Assembly: GCA_947502835.1 (NCBI GenBank)
Contig: CANNBJ010000004.1
Location: 295,669-359,668, forward strand
Origin: Bdellovibrionales bacterium
GTDB taxonomy: Bacteria > Bdellovibrionota > UBA1018 > CAIMNF01
Reading direction: 5' to 3'
Length of the DNA: 64,000 nt
The translations under genes were made by a program, and so were the position numbers. Numbering within the stretch: position 1 is the first letter of the stretch; each line of letters opens with the position of its first letter. Below the pieces are notes generated by a model. It worked only from the letters and a program-made list of their open reading frames with translations. It did no database searches and was not told the DNA's origin. Positions 20,060 to 29,748 of the stretch are shown here, in pieces.

Positions 20060-20799
20060 TCCCCCTTCAGGCCTTTCATCATGTTCTCAAGGTCGCCCGG
20101 TCTCCACGAGGTTCGAATGCGAAGGCCCGGGTCGTACCAGTTCGATCCGATGGACCCCGATTGTCCCGTGCGATCGCGCTCGAAATCGATCGGCGAGTAA
20201 TTGAACATCGGTGTTTTCATCACGAAGCAGTAATTGAGCTCCTGGTGGTTGAGGTACTCTTCATAGGTCTCGATCAGGGGGCATTCGGTTTTCGGAAAAA
20301 TGAAGTAGCGGGTCCACTGCGCAATGCTGATCGGACGGGAGTCAAAGCGCTTGATGTCCTCGGGACGCACCCATGAGGGAGGTGAAACAAACACCGGATC
20401 GAACACGCGCTCTTCGACCGAACCGTCGGCAAGTCGCACCGGAATGAGGGGGGCGACATGAAAGGACCATTGGTAGTCGAACTCGCGGCGGTAGCGATCC
20501 GTGAAGAACAAAAAGACCTTCATGCTTCGGATCCCGATGTTGCTGAACAGCTCATGCGACCAGTAGTGGGCCCGCTGGTAGCAACCCGATCTTCGGGTGA
20601 AGATCGAGGTGGGCATCATGTTGTAAAGGTTCTTCGCGCTCTCTTCGCTTGCAAGAAGTGAAGGTTGAAAGCCCCGGATCGACCGGTTGGCCGAGTAGGG
20701 TACCGGGAGTTCCCGGTCGGCGAGCGTCACTTGCGCGCGGGCCTGGCTCAGGAGCGAGAGGGTCAGGAGGGAGGCTGTGAGAAGGGGCTTCAACATCAT
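20056..20799 (-). CDS. secreted protein-glutamine glutaminase-like (transglutaminase-fold Cys-His-Asp) enzyme
   Basis: Signal peptide MMLKPLLTASLLTLSLLSQARAQ. Motifs SGCYQRAHYW, WSFHVAPLI and ERVFDPVFVSPP parallel the GCYARAH / WSYHVAILV / IIDPSLFS triad region I recall for Chryseobacterium protein-glutaminase. Confidence 0.55.
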   Translation of the reverse strand: MMLKPLLTASLLTLSLLSQARAQVTLADRELPVPYSANRSIRGFQPSLLASEESAKNLYNMMPTSIFTRRSGCYQRAHYWSHELFSNIGIRSMKVFLFFTDRYRREFDYQWSFHVAPLIPVRLADGSVEERVFDPVFVSPPSWVRPEDIKRFDSRPISIAQWTRYFIFPKTECPLIETYEEYLNHQELNYCFVMKTPMFNYSPIDFERDRTGQSGSIGSNWYDPGLRIRTSWRPGDLENMMKGLKGD

Positions 20800-20974
20800 G
20801 AGGAGTGGATTAAACTGAAACCGTGTAATGTGTCAATAAATTTTGTTTAATTAAATGGAAATGATTCATTCTGGATTTTTTCCGGGTCTTCGGGCATGGT
20901 CCGGGATCCGGGCGGATGGGGGAGAAAAAGATTGATTAAAAAGGTCAAATCTTCTACTCTCCCGAAAGCGCAAC

Positions 20975-23900
20975 TTGCGAGTAAACCACACGGGAGATTT
21001 TGCACGGGTGTTGGCCAATCGATTGCTTCCTGTCAGATCCAAATTGAAACCCAAGGCGAGTTCCTCGCGCCCGGTGGATCGGGCCGCATACGAACCGAAC
21101 AAGGGCTTCATTGGAAAATACGAGGTCAGTGTCGCGAACTATCTTTTCCGCTCGAAGGGGCGAAGCGGTTACCTGCATTCGCAGTCGCTTGTGGATGCCC
21201 TCCTCGGGCGCACCATTCAGGATCATCACCAGTCGAGCCAGCGCCTCACCCGGTTTCTGAAAAAGCGTGATCTCACGTTTCAGAAAACCGACAAGGACGG
21301 GGTGTACCGGATCTTCACCGTTCCTGTGACGACCTCCGTGGTTCCTCTTCCAAAGTCGGTCTTCAACTCCATCGAACACGCGGCACAGGTGCTGATGGTT
21401 TCGCTCAGGATGGTGCTTCAGAGCATTTACGGGGCAAAGTCGATCCGGGAGAGCGAGTTTGTGAACTCCCTGCCGGCTGAAGTCCGCCAGGCCTTTCTCG
21501 ATGCAACCGAGAACTCGCCCCACTACATTCCCCAACTGCACCACGAGAACATGAAGTCCTACCCGTTCCTCGACAATGTCGGACTCGATCTGGTCTTGGT
21601 CGAGGAGTATTTCCAGAATCGGGGGAAGTTGAGCCAGATGGTGCTTCAGGGGCGGGCACATGAGCTTCCGGAGCTGCCATTCAAGGTTCTTGAGCTGAAT
21701 GCCGGCTCGCCCTCGGGAGCATCCAACAATTCAAACATTCTCGAGGGGATCCTGCGCGAAGACCCTGAGGTCCTTGATGCTCTCGGACCTGTGTTTCCGA
21801 ACGATCATTTCCGCGTGTTGCGCGAAACCTATCGATCCTTGGGTGAGTCCTGGACCGGACGCAAGGATGGAATTCAGGTGCTTCTGCCGCCGGGCGGGGC
21901 CAATGGAGCCGCTCCCGAGATCCACCAGCTCGCGGCCTATTCGGGACTCGTGTACTGCGATCCGGGCCAATTGTTTCAGGATCCGGAAGGGTGGATCCGG
22001 CTTCGCACGGTGGATGGCACCGATCCGGTCGTCACCTCGATTTATTCACGGGTGAACAGCGACAGTGCGCTCTTTGATCGCGAAAAGGGCGTATTGCTTC
22101 GCGACCCTGAAAGCGGCGAATCCATTTATTGCGTCGATGTGCTGAAGCCCTGGAAGTCCTCCGACCCCGAGTTTCTCCAGGATGACAAAGGCAACCCGGT
22201 TCCACTCGAGTCCGATTACGCCATCCCGGGCGCCCTGGATGCCATCGTTCATCGCAAACTTTACATGGGAGGTTTGAACCGACTTCTCGACAACAAGATC
22301 ATTCTCGCGACACTTACGGATTTCGCCCCCGAGTATTTCAGAAGCGAGCTGGAAACGCTCGGGCTTCGCATCGGTTCCAATCGGATCACTCCTCCGGAGT
22401 GCCTCCCCTCCAAGGAGGATTCTCTCGACATCATTGAACGGAATCCCGAAGACTGGGTGATCAAGGCCCCGAATCTCTCGGGCGGAACCGGGGTCCACAT
22501 CCTGATGACCCTGGACGAAAAAAAGCAACGCGAAGTCATCAAGGAGGCCCGTCGCAATCCCGAGCAGTTCGCCTACCAGAAGGTTGTGAAGATCGCGCGG
22601 ATTCCGGTGGCGGTCCGAAGCGGGGGAAAAGCCGGGTTCCGGTTTGCGAATCTTGCCGCCGACATCCGCATGTGGGTGTTTTTCGGCGGCAACGACACGC
22701 TTCCGAGGCTCACGCACAATGCCCTTGTCCGGTATGCGCCAAAAGAAAAAGGCCCGATGAGTTCGATCGTGAACACTTCGAAGGGCGGCGGATACGCTCC
22801 TTTCGTTGTGGTCGATGATCTTGGTGATCCCTCTGCGATTCCCGCGCGGGAACTTGCAACTCCCCATGAGCCCGCTCCGTTTCAGTGCGCACTGCCTGCC
22901 TTTGTCGGGGCCCAGCTCGTGCAAGTTGCGAACATCATCCATGAACTCAGAAAGCTCGTGCGGCAACAGAATCCCGAGACCCATCGGGTTTCAGGGTACC
23001 TCTACTCCCTCAAGCTCCAGGTTCGTGAAATCACCTCCTTCATCCACCCCCGTTGCATGGAGACGATCTACAGCATGATCGAACTCATCGAGAAGCGGAT
23101 CGATCGGAAGGCCATTGCCAGCTATTACGCCCGGATGAACCAGGATCAGGCGCGGTTGGTGTCCTTGCTCCAGTCCCTCGACAACGTCCTTGATGAGGAT
23201 GTGTACATGGTGCTCGACGAGATGAATGTCCTGAACCAGGACATCGTGAATCGCGGGTACAGCTATGAAATGAAGCGGAGCGATCTCTTCAATCTCGGGC
23301 ACCTGAGTTTTCTCCTTCGCCACAAGATCAGCATGCATCCGGAAGAACGCCGGAATCTGAACCGCATTCGGGCCCTGATCAAGGGAATGATTCTTGCCCG
23401 CTTTCCCGCGCGCGGGCTTGCGTTCCTGCTTCGCCAGCGTTTTGAGTCGCTCCTCGACCAGTTTTGTGAGCTTGCCACCAAGCGCCTTCGCGACTCGGTT
23501 CATGCCAGGGGGTTCGCCACACTCTTTGACGGGTCGGTTGAGCAAAGTCAAACCCTGTACCGGGAAACCTTCGTGATCGCGCACGAGGGCCAAGCGCCCC
23601 GATCGGCAACCGAGTGGGAATTGAAGAACGAGAAGCGTCTCGTGGATTCGGACTTCATCGATCCGGAGATCCGCGCCATACGGAGTGAGTGGCTCCGTGT
23701 GATCGAGGAAGCAAAATCGGTGTCGAAGGAAAAACGCGGCAACTTCATTGCCGAGGCGCGAAAGAGGCATTTTTCAAGACATCCAAGGCTCACCGAACTT
23801 CAGAGCATCATCAATCGGCGGGAGAATTCGGACGTTCACTCGCTCATTGCGCTCATGAGCGTGCTCCCGTACGCAGCCTACAATCTTCGTCAGTATGCGA

Positions 23901-24790
23901 TTGATGAGGGAGTCTCCTTTGTCGATCTGTTTTGCGACACCCTGACCCCGAACCGGATCTCGATACTCGATCGGCATGCCCGCAGCCGTGAAAAACTCAA
24001 TCTCGATCAGTTTGCGGGTGAGTGTTTTGCGCGCAAGAAAACCCCGCACGGACTCATTTCGGATGGCGATCGATTCATGTGGATTTCAAAGGAGCAGAGT
24101 CCGCTCGTACAGCTCTATACGATCGGACACGAGTTGATTCATTCCTTCCAGATCGGCGAGGTGATGGAGAACGAGGCTGTGGCACGACGAGCGGGCTCGG
24201 TGGAGTTCGCAGGGTTTCTGAACCATTACGGAAACTTTCTTTCGCTTGCGGCACACACCCTTGAAAAACAACAGTCCGATGTCGCAGCTTATCGGCTTCC
24301 TCTGTACGGACTCGCGGATCGGATCGTGACCCAATTTTTCTCTCCCGTGATCGCGGACATCCGGGAAGGCCTTGCGGGCAGTACCGGCACCTATCACAAG
24401 AGGCTCGACAAGTATGGATCCCTCTTCGGATACATGATGCCGGTGTCCAATGTGGTTCGGGTGAAGGCACTCCGCGAGGTGGTTCCCGCGCTTGAGAATG
24501 CGAAGAATATTCTTTTTGCCAAGGAGTGCGGTCTTGAGATTCCGTTTGATGAGGTCCGGTCCGCATTGCCGACCGCAAACCGCGTGCAGGCGAACCGGTA
24601 CCGCGCGCTGATCACCGGTGCTGCGCAAAGCTGGAAACAGGACTTTGAGGCGCTCCGGGTGATTGCCTCGCATCAGTACTACGGAGTGATGTTCCATCGC
24701 GCAGAGGATGACCGCGAGAACCTTACGATCGAGTCTGATCCCGCGGCGATTTACCTGAACAACGGCTACAACCAGACGGAACAGCAGTAA
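20975..24790 (+). CDS. 1271-aa fusion protein: circularly permuted ATP-grasp (type 2) amidoligase domain, alpha-E-like helical domain, and C-terminal region with HExxH zincin motif; non-ATG start (TTG at 20975) likely
   Basis: CP-ATP-grasp signature stretches WVIKAPNLSGGTGVHILMT (about 22457) and MWVFFGGNDTLPRLTHNALVRY...SSIVNTSKGGGYAPFVVVDD (about 22670-22820). Long helical region at 22.9-23.9 kb. TIGHELIHSF at about 24121-24150. Confidence 0.6.
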   Translation: MRVNHTGDFARVLANRLLPVRSKLKPKASSSRPVDRAAYEPNKGFIGKYEVSVANYLFRSKGRSGYLHSQSLVDALLGRTIQDHHQSSQRLTRFLKKRDLTFQKTDKDGVYRIFTVPVTTSVVPLPKSVFNSIEHAAQVLMVSLRMVLQSIYGAKSIRESEFVNSLPAEVRQAFLDATENSPHYIPQLHHENMKSYPFLDNVGLDLVLVEEYFQNRGKLSQMVLQGRAHELPELPFKVLELNAGSPSGASNNSNILEGILREDPEVLDALGPVFPNDHFRVLRETYRSLGESWTGRKDGIQVLLPPGGANGAAPEIHQLAAYSGLVYCDPGQLFQDPEGWIRLRTVDGTDPVVTSIYSRVNSDSALFDREKGVLLRDPESGESIYCVDVLKPWKSSDPEFLQDDKGNPVPLESDYAIPGALDAIVHRKLYMGGLNRLLDNKIILATLTDFAPEYFRSELETLGLRIGSNRITPPECLPSKEDSLDIIERNPEDWVIKAPNLSGGTGVHILMTLDEKKQREVIKEARRNPEQFAYQKVVKIARIPVAVRSGGKAGFRFANLAADIRMWVFFGGNDTLPRLTHNALVRYAPKEKGPMSSIVNTSKGGGYAPFVVVDDLGDPSAIPARELATPHEPAPFQCALPAFVGAQLVQVANIIHELRKLVRQQNPETHRVSGYLYSLKLQVREITSFIHPRCMETIYSMIELIEKRIDRKAIASYYARMNQDQARLVSLLQSLDNVLDEDVYMVLDEMNVLNQDIVNRGYSYEMKRSDLFNLGHLSFLLRHKISMHPEERRNLNRIRALIKGMILARFPARGLAFLLRQRFESLLDQFCELATKRLRDSVHARGFATLFDGSVEQSQTLYRETFVIAHEGQAPRSATEWELKNEKRLVDSDFIDPEIRAIRSEWLRVIEEAKSVSKEKRGNFIAEARKRHFSRHPRLTELQSIINRRENSDVHSLIALMSVLPYAAYNLRQYAIDEGVSFVDLFCDTLTPNRISILDRHARSREKLNLDQFAGECFARKKTPHGLISDGDRFMWISKEQSPLVQLYTIGHELIHSFQIGEVMENEAVARRAGSVEFAGFLNHYGNFLSLAAHTLEKQQSDVAAYRLPLYGLADRIVTQFFSPVIADIREGLAGSTGTYHKRLDKYGSLFGYMMPVSNVVRVKALREVVPALENAKNILFAKECGLEIPFDEVRSALPTANRVQANRYRALITGAAQSWKQDFEALRVIASHQYYGVMFHRAEDDRENLTIESDPAAIYLNNGYNQTEQQ

Positions 24791-24795
24791 ACCAT

Positions 24796-24842
24796 TCCAC
24801 TATTTTTGCAGTGGATTGCTCCACTGTTGCTGCAGTGGCTTA
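24796..24842. terminator. putative bidirectional terminator between the convergent ATP-grasp fusion gene and glmS, built of alternating CCACTG/CAGTGG half-sites
   Basis: Sequence ccactatttttgcagtggattgctccactgttgctgcagtggcttactccactg can fold into several alternative 6-bp hairpins. Sits between two stop codons. Confidence 0.35.
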
Positions 24843-26699
24843 CTCCACTGTGACCGACTTCGCGAGATTCCTTGGCTTGTCGATGTTCCGGCCCAGGGCC
24901 TTCGCACAACCATAGGCAAGAAGCTGCAGCGGGATCACAGACAGGATCGGCTGCGTCCCCCAGGATGACTGGGGAAGGCCGATGAATTCATTTGAGAGGC
25001 GTTTCGCCTCTTCATCGCCTTCGGTTCCGATCGTGATGATGTGTCCGCCGCGCGCGCGGATCTCCTCAAGGTTGGAGATGGTTTTTGAATACCACTCGTC
25101 TTTCGGCGCAAGCGTGATCACGGTGACTTTCGGGTCAATGTAGGCGATCGGTCCGTGTTTGAGTTCTCCTGCCGCGAAGCCTTCGGCGGGAAGGTAGGTG
25201 AGTTCCTTGAATTTGAGCGCGCCTTCGAGAGCGATCGGGTACATGGTTCCGCGGCCCACGAATAAAATGATGCGCTGATCCTTGAGCGTCTCGCCCATCT
25301 TCATGAACGTTTCGCTTTGCGAGAGCACTTGGTCGAGGTCCTGCGGCAATCGGGCAAGTCCGGTGAAGGACGCTTGTACCGACTCCTTCCCGTCCTGGAG
25401 TCCGCGAAGTCGTGCCACATCCAGCGCAAGTGCGCACAAGATGGTCAGTTGCGAAGTGAATGCCTTGGTGGAGGCGACCCCGATTTCGGGTCCCGCCTTC
25501 GTGGGATATTGAAAGCCGCTTTCGCGCGCGATAGTGGAGTTCGGGACGTTGCAGATCGAGAAGGTCGAAACGCCGGCCTGGTTTGCAAGTCTCAGGGCTG
25601 CAAGTGTATCCGCGGTTTCGCCGGATTGCGAGATCACGCCCACCACGGTTCCGGGCTCGAACACGGGGCTTCGGTAACGGAACTCGGAGGCAATATCGAT
25701 CTGACAATCAAGCCGTGCCCAACGCTCGAAAAAGTATTTTGCCGCCATTGCAGCATGGCTGCTGGTTCCGCAGGCAATGAGATAGAGGCGTTTCACGTTT
25801 TTCCAAAGGACTTCATGGGCTTTTTGATGGTCCCAGATGAACGAGCTCTTTTGATCGACAGGGAGGCGGCCCGTGAGCGTGTCGGCCACCACCAGGGGTT
25901 GTTGGAAGATCTCTTTTAACATGAAGCTCTCAAAGCCGGCTTTCTCAACTTTGTCTGCGGTCCAATCGATCTTCTCGAACGAAAGACCTTTGTTGCTTGC
26001 ACTGGTGAGCTTGACCCCGGTCTCATCCGCTACGAAGATTTCACCCTTGGGCAAGAAGCAGACTTCATTGTGATACGGAACAATCGCTTGGAGGTCGCTT
26101 GCAATCAGGGCCCCGGTTTTCAAGTTCGAGACCACAAGAGGGGCGCCGTTCTGGATTCCAAAAATCTTTCCCGGAATGGACTGAGACATGAGGACAATCG
26201 CATAGTGACCCTCCACCTCGGTCATCGCTTGTTTCATGGCATTGAGAAGTATGGTTTCGGCGGTCGCACCTTCTGATTTTTTTGCGATCTCCCTGCGTCT
26301 GAATTCGATGAGTTGGGCGAAAACTTCTGTGTCGGTTTGCGAGGAGAACTTCACGCCTTCCCGGCTCAGCATGGTTTTGATCTCGGAGTAGTTTTCAATG
26401 ATGCCATTGTGAACGAGGACGATGTCGCCTGCCCGGTGGGGGTGGGCATTGGTTTCGTTTGGCGCCCCATGGGTTGCCCAACGGGTGTGCGCAATTCCTT
26501 GGGTTTCCGTTTTGCCGCACTCAAGACTTGCATCGACAAGTCCTTGCACGGGACCCGCATTGCGCTTGATCTCGAAATTCCCCTTCGAGAAAAGCGCAAA
26601 GCCCGCGGAGTCATAGCCACGGTATTCAAGACGCTTCAGGCCATCCAAAAGAATGGGGAGAGCTTGGTTTTTTCCGACGTATCCGACGATTCCACACAT
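24840..26699 (-). CDS. glmS: glutamine--fructose-6-phosphate aminotransferase (isomerizing)
   Basis: N-terminal MCGIVGYVG with nucleophilic Cys2. Two SIS domains. C-terminal ...KSVTVE. 619 aa. Confidence 0.9.
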   Translation of the reverse strand: MCGIVGYVGKNQALPILLDGLKRLEYRGYDSAGFALFSKGNFEIKRNAGPVQGLVDASLECGKTETQGIAHTRWATHGAPNETNAHPHRAGDIVLVHNGIIENYSEIKTMLSREGVKFSSQTDTEVFAQLIEFRRREIAKKSEGATAETILLNAMKQAMTEVEGHYAIVLMSQSIPGKIFGIQNGAPLVVSNLKTGALIASDLQAIVPYHNEVCFLPKGEIFVADETGVKLTSASNKGLSFEKIDWTADKVEKAGFESFMLKEIFQQPLVVADTLTGRLPVDQKSSFIWDHQKAHEVLWKNVKRLYLIACGTSSHAAMAAKYFFERWARLDCQIDIASEFRYRSPVFEPGTVVGVISQSGETADTLAALRLANQAGVSTFSICNVPNSTIARESGFQYPTKAGPEIGVASTKAFTSQLTILCALALDVARLRGLQDGKESVQASFTGLARLPQDLDQVLSQSETFMKMGETLKDQRIILFVGRGTMYPIALEGALKFKELTYLPAEGFAAGELKHGPIAYIDPKVTVITLAPKDEWYSKTISNLEEIRARGGHIITIGTEGDEEAKRLSNEFIGLPQSSWGTQPILSVIPLQLLAYGCAKALGRNIDKPRNLAKSVTVE

Positions 26700-26867
26700 G
26701 GTGCCGAGACCTTACTAAACGGGGCTTGATCTGGCTAGGATGAATTGCCCGGCAAGGCGCCGAAAATCCCTTGAAATCATTGAAAAAGGGGCGGATTTTC
26801 CGCGTGGCGGGACGAAGAATCTCAGCCGGCATCCCTGAATGGGGTTGTCCTGAGGCTGCTCTGCCCT

Positions 26868-26979
26868 GAAGAGATTGGTACGACCTGTGTTGCGGCCGAC
26901 TCTCGCGAGTGAGGACACACGAAAGCGAGGCCGCAGGACGCGGCTCGGAGGCCAAAACACAGGTCGTACCAATCTCTTC
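26868..26979. repeat. palindromic repeat element copy 1 (conserved ~60-nt core flanked by a copy-specific perfect 24-bp inverted repeat)
   Basis: Arms gaagagattggtacgacctgtgtt / aacacaggtcgtaccaatctcttc. Core gccgactctcgcgag...cgaaagcgaggccgcaggacgcggctcggaggcc is shared, in reverse complement, with the copies at 47175, 48925 and 60541. Confidence 0.7.
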
Positions 26980-27029
26980 ATGGTGAGTGCAGCTCTCGGC
27001 TCAATCTTATTCAAAGATGGCGGTTGGAT

Positions 27030-29648
27030 TCAGCTTTCTGCAAGGAGACTCTTCAGGTCGCCTGCGGTAAGCGCCCCTTCTCCGAGTGCCAGTTTCTGTG
27101 CTTGTAGCTCTCCCATTCTCTCCTCGATCGAACCCTCGACCCTGAATCGATGAATCGTGACGGGCTTTTCCTGACCCATCCGATAGGCGCGATCCTCGGC
27201 CTGGAGTTCGACAAAGGGATTCCACCAGGGCTCACAGAAAATCACATGGCTTGCGCGGGTGAGATTGAGTCCGACCCCTCCGGCATGGAGCGAAAGCAGA
27301 AACACACTTGGGCGGTCTGAATCCTGAAACCTGCTGGTGACATCGCCTCTGTCTTTGGTTGAGCCATCGAGCCGTTGATACGGGAGGGAGTGCGCGCTCA
27401 CCCGTGTCTCGAGCAAATCAAGGAATGCGGTCCATTGGGAGTAGACGAGTACGGAATGTCCCGCATCCAGAAGGTCGGAGACCAGCGCAAGGATTGCCTC
27501 GAGTTTGGTGGAAGACGGAACAGAGCCGGTTCCGGCTGCCTGCTTGGCGCCGTTTTCTCCGGCGAAAAGCCCCTCGTGATTGCAGGCCTGACGTGCGCGC
27601 AGGAGTACCTCAAAGAGCGTGAGCGGCGACAGGGGTTCTCCCGCCTCCAGGATGCGAGCAAGGACCTCCTGTTTTGCCGCATCGAACACGGAGCGATAAA
27701 GCTTTGATTCGCCTTCCGTAAAGGAAACCGAATGCACAAGGTGGGTCTTGGGAGGGAGTTCTGTCAGGACCTCGGCTTTGGTCCGTCGCAAAAAGAAAGG
27801 TCTGCTGGTTTTCAGGTCGAGAGCTTCTTCATCATCAAAAAGCCCCGGAGAAACGAACTGAAACAAACTCCAAAGATCCCGCATGCGGTTTTGAATCGGC
27901 GTACCGGTAAGGGCGAGTCTGAAATCGGCAGTGAGGGTGCTTGTTGCGATCGCCGCCCGGGTTTCGGGATTCCGGATGATGTGAGCCTCGTCGAGCACCG
28001 CGATTTTCCAATGGATGCGCGCGAACCGTTCGGCCTCGGTTCCGAGCAGAGAGTAGGAAGTAAGAACCACATCGGCCTTGTCGTCCAATGTGCGCCCGGC
28101 CCCGTGGTATATGGATACTTTGAGCTCGGGACGGAACCGTGCCGCTTCTGCTTTCCAGTTTTGAAGAAGCGAGACCGGAACCACGATCAGAGAGGGGGAT
28201 TCGAGCACTGCAAGTGTCTGGAGGGTTTTTCCAAGCCCCATGTCGTCAGCCAGAATTGCGCCTCCAAGGCGCATCCATCGATCAAAGAGCCAGTTCACCC
28301 CCTCGTGTTGATAGGGCCGAAGCTTTCCCTGAAGTGATTTTGGAATCGCCGGCAGAAAGGAACCCTGTCCGGGGGGATTCGGGGATGTTCTTGCGAGCGA
28401 GGCCAGAAGCGCTCCGGTTTTTTGCCTCGTCTTCGGATTTCGCTCCCTCAGGCGGAGGAGTTTCAGGATGCTCCCGGATTCTGAAATCGCATCCTGGAGG
28501 GGGAGCTTGAACTCCCCAGCAAGCCAGCTTGAAAGTGCCGACTCGATTTCCGGAAACCGGTGCGAGTTTTTTGTGGCGTGGAGGCGAAAGAGTTCGGAGG
28601 CGGCGAGTGTTCTGGGGTGCCCCGGGTTCAGCTGAAACTGCTCGCGAGCAACATGGCTGAGTTCAGCCTCCTTTTTCGGATCGCGGATCGTGAGTGCACC
28701 GGCGGGCGCCTCATAGTGGATCCTGAGGGTTGCCGAAAATTGGTCCTCTGAAATCGGATGAAGGGTCAATTTCAATTCCGGTTCCACTTCGATGACAGAC
28801 GGGAAAAGTTCCTTGAGGTCCGGAAATTTCATCAAGAGAGAGGTTTCAAGATCGAGGCGTGAAAATCTCTTCGGAACCGCTGCAGGCTCATCAAAGCCGT
28901 AACCCAAAACGCCGTTTTCGATCCAAAGGCCTCCTTGAAGAATCTCAACTCCGGGTTCGCGAGTGAATTCAAGGGTCCATTCGTCTTTGGAGATCTCTCG
29001 AAGCGCGGGTTTGGGGCGTCGGGGAAGACGCTGGACCCGGAGAGTGGGGACGGAGGGGTGCCCGACCACCGGAAGCGGCGGCAGGTCGGTGAGTGCCAGA
29101 AGGACTTCCCGCCATTCGGGAGAGTCCGACGAATAGAGGCCATCAATTTTCAGGTCAACCGGTGAAAGAGCTGGAAGCGGACCCTCAAGCCTCCCGCTTT
29201 GTACGCCTCCCACCCATGCCACCAGTGAGGAGGGCAGGGGGATCTCCTCGTTCCCCTTTTTTAACGCGCGCTTTAGCTGCACTCGAGCAGGCTTTCCAGA
29301 ATCGTTTCCGAGATAAATCCATGAGTACTCGAGTCGCACGCTCGCGCTTTGGCTTTCCTCCGACTTCGAGTCCAGTGTTCCGTTCTCAAGGGCAAGAGCT
29401 GCGGCAACAATGTGGTGACAAGGTTCCACTTTGCTGCCACAATTGCAGTGGGCATCCTGATCTTCTGGCCAGAGGGTGACCTCGAATGCCAGGATCCGCT
29501 CTGCAGTGGTCACTTTGAAACGGAGTTCCTCCGAGACTCCTTCGGGGGAGGTTTTCCTGATTGAATTCAAAACGCGCGATGCTTGCACCCCCTTCGACCA
29601 GACTCCCGGCAGACACTCTTCCTTCAGGCTTTCGATAAATTTTTTCAT
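27030..29648 (-). CDS. SNF2-family helicase/ATPase with N-terminal SWIM zinc finger; start set at internal Met44 to avoid overlapping the divergent phoH2 start
   Basis: SWIM CxC...CxH: AHCNCGSKVEPCHHI. SNF2 motifs LADDMGLGKT (Walker A-like), DEAH box in VLDEAHIIRN, and helicase C motifs. ORF track lists 27030..29777. Confidence 0.75.
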   Translation of the reverse strand: MKKFIESLKEECLPGVWSKGVQASRVLNSIRKTSPEGVSEELRFKVTTAERILAFEVTLWPEDQDAHCNCGSKVEPCHHIVAAALALENGTLDSKSEESQSASVRLEYSWIYLGNDSGKPARVQLKRALKKGNEEIPLPSSLVAWVGGVQSGRLEGPLPALSPVDLKIDGLYSSDSPEWREVLLALTDLPPLPVVGHPSVPTLRVQRLPRRPKPALREISKDEWTLEFTREPGVEILQGGLWIENGVLGYGFDEPAAVPKRFSRLDLETSLLMKFPDLKELFPSVIEVEPELKLTLHPISEDQFSATLRIHYEAPAGALTIRDPKKEAELSHVAREQFQLNPGHPRTLAASELFRLHATKNSHRFPEIESALSSWLAGEFKLPLQDAISESGSILKLLRLRERNPKTRQKTGALLASLARTSPNPPGQGSFLPAIPKSLQGKLRPYQHEGVNWLFDRWMRLGGAILADDMGLGKTLQTLAVLESPSLIVVPVSLLQNWKAEAARFRPELKVSIYHGAGRTLDDKADVVLTSYSLLGTEAERFARIHWKIAVLDEAHIIRNPETRAAIATSTLTADFRLALTGTPIQNRMRDLWSLFQFVSPGLFDDEEALDLKTSRPFFLRRTKAEVLTELPPKTHLVHSVSFTEGESKLYRSVFDAAKQEVLARILEAGEPLSPLTLFEVLLRARQACNHEGLFAGENGAKQAAGTGSVPSSTKLEAILALVSDLLDAGHSVLVYSQWTAFLDLLETRVSAHSLPYQRLDGSTKDRGDVTSRFQDSDRPSVFLLSLHAGGVGLNLTRASHVIFCEPWWNPFVELQAEDRAYRMGQEKPVTIHRFRVEGSIEERMGELQAQKLALGEGALTAGDLKSLLAES

Positions 29649-29748
29649 CGTGATGTTTTTGACTCGCGCGCCACACATCCTATGATACTTTTTAGGCAAG
29701 AGGGAGCGCTTTTTCACAACTCTCTCGAAGCCGGAAAAGGAGCACATC

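Noticed and set aside
26700-26870. Possible glmS ribozyme in the 5' leader of glmS (short matches to GGAUGCC...CGGCUGAG and UUUUCGGCG segments on the minus strand)
   Set aside because: Matching segments occur in the wrong order relative to the ribozyme core and the GACGAGGAUGG core is absent. Likely chance similarity in a GC-rich leader.
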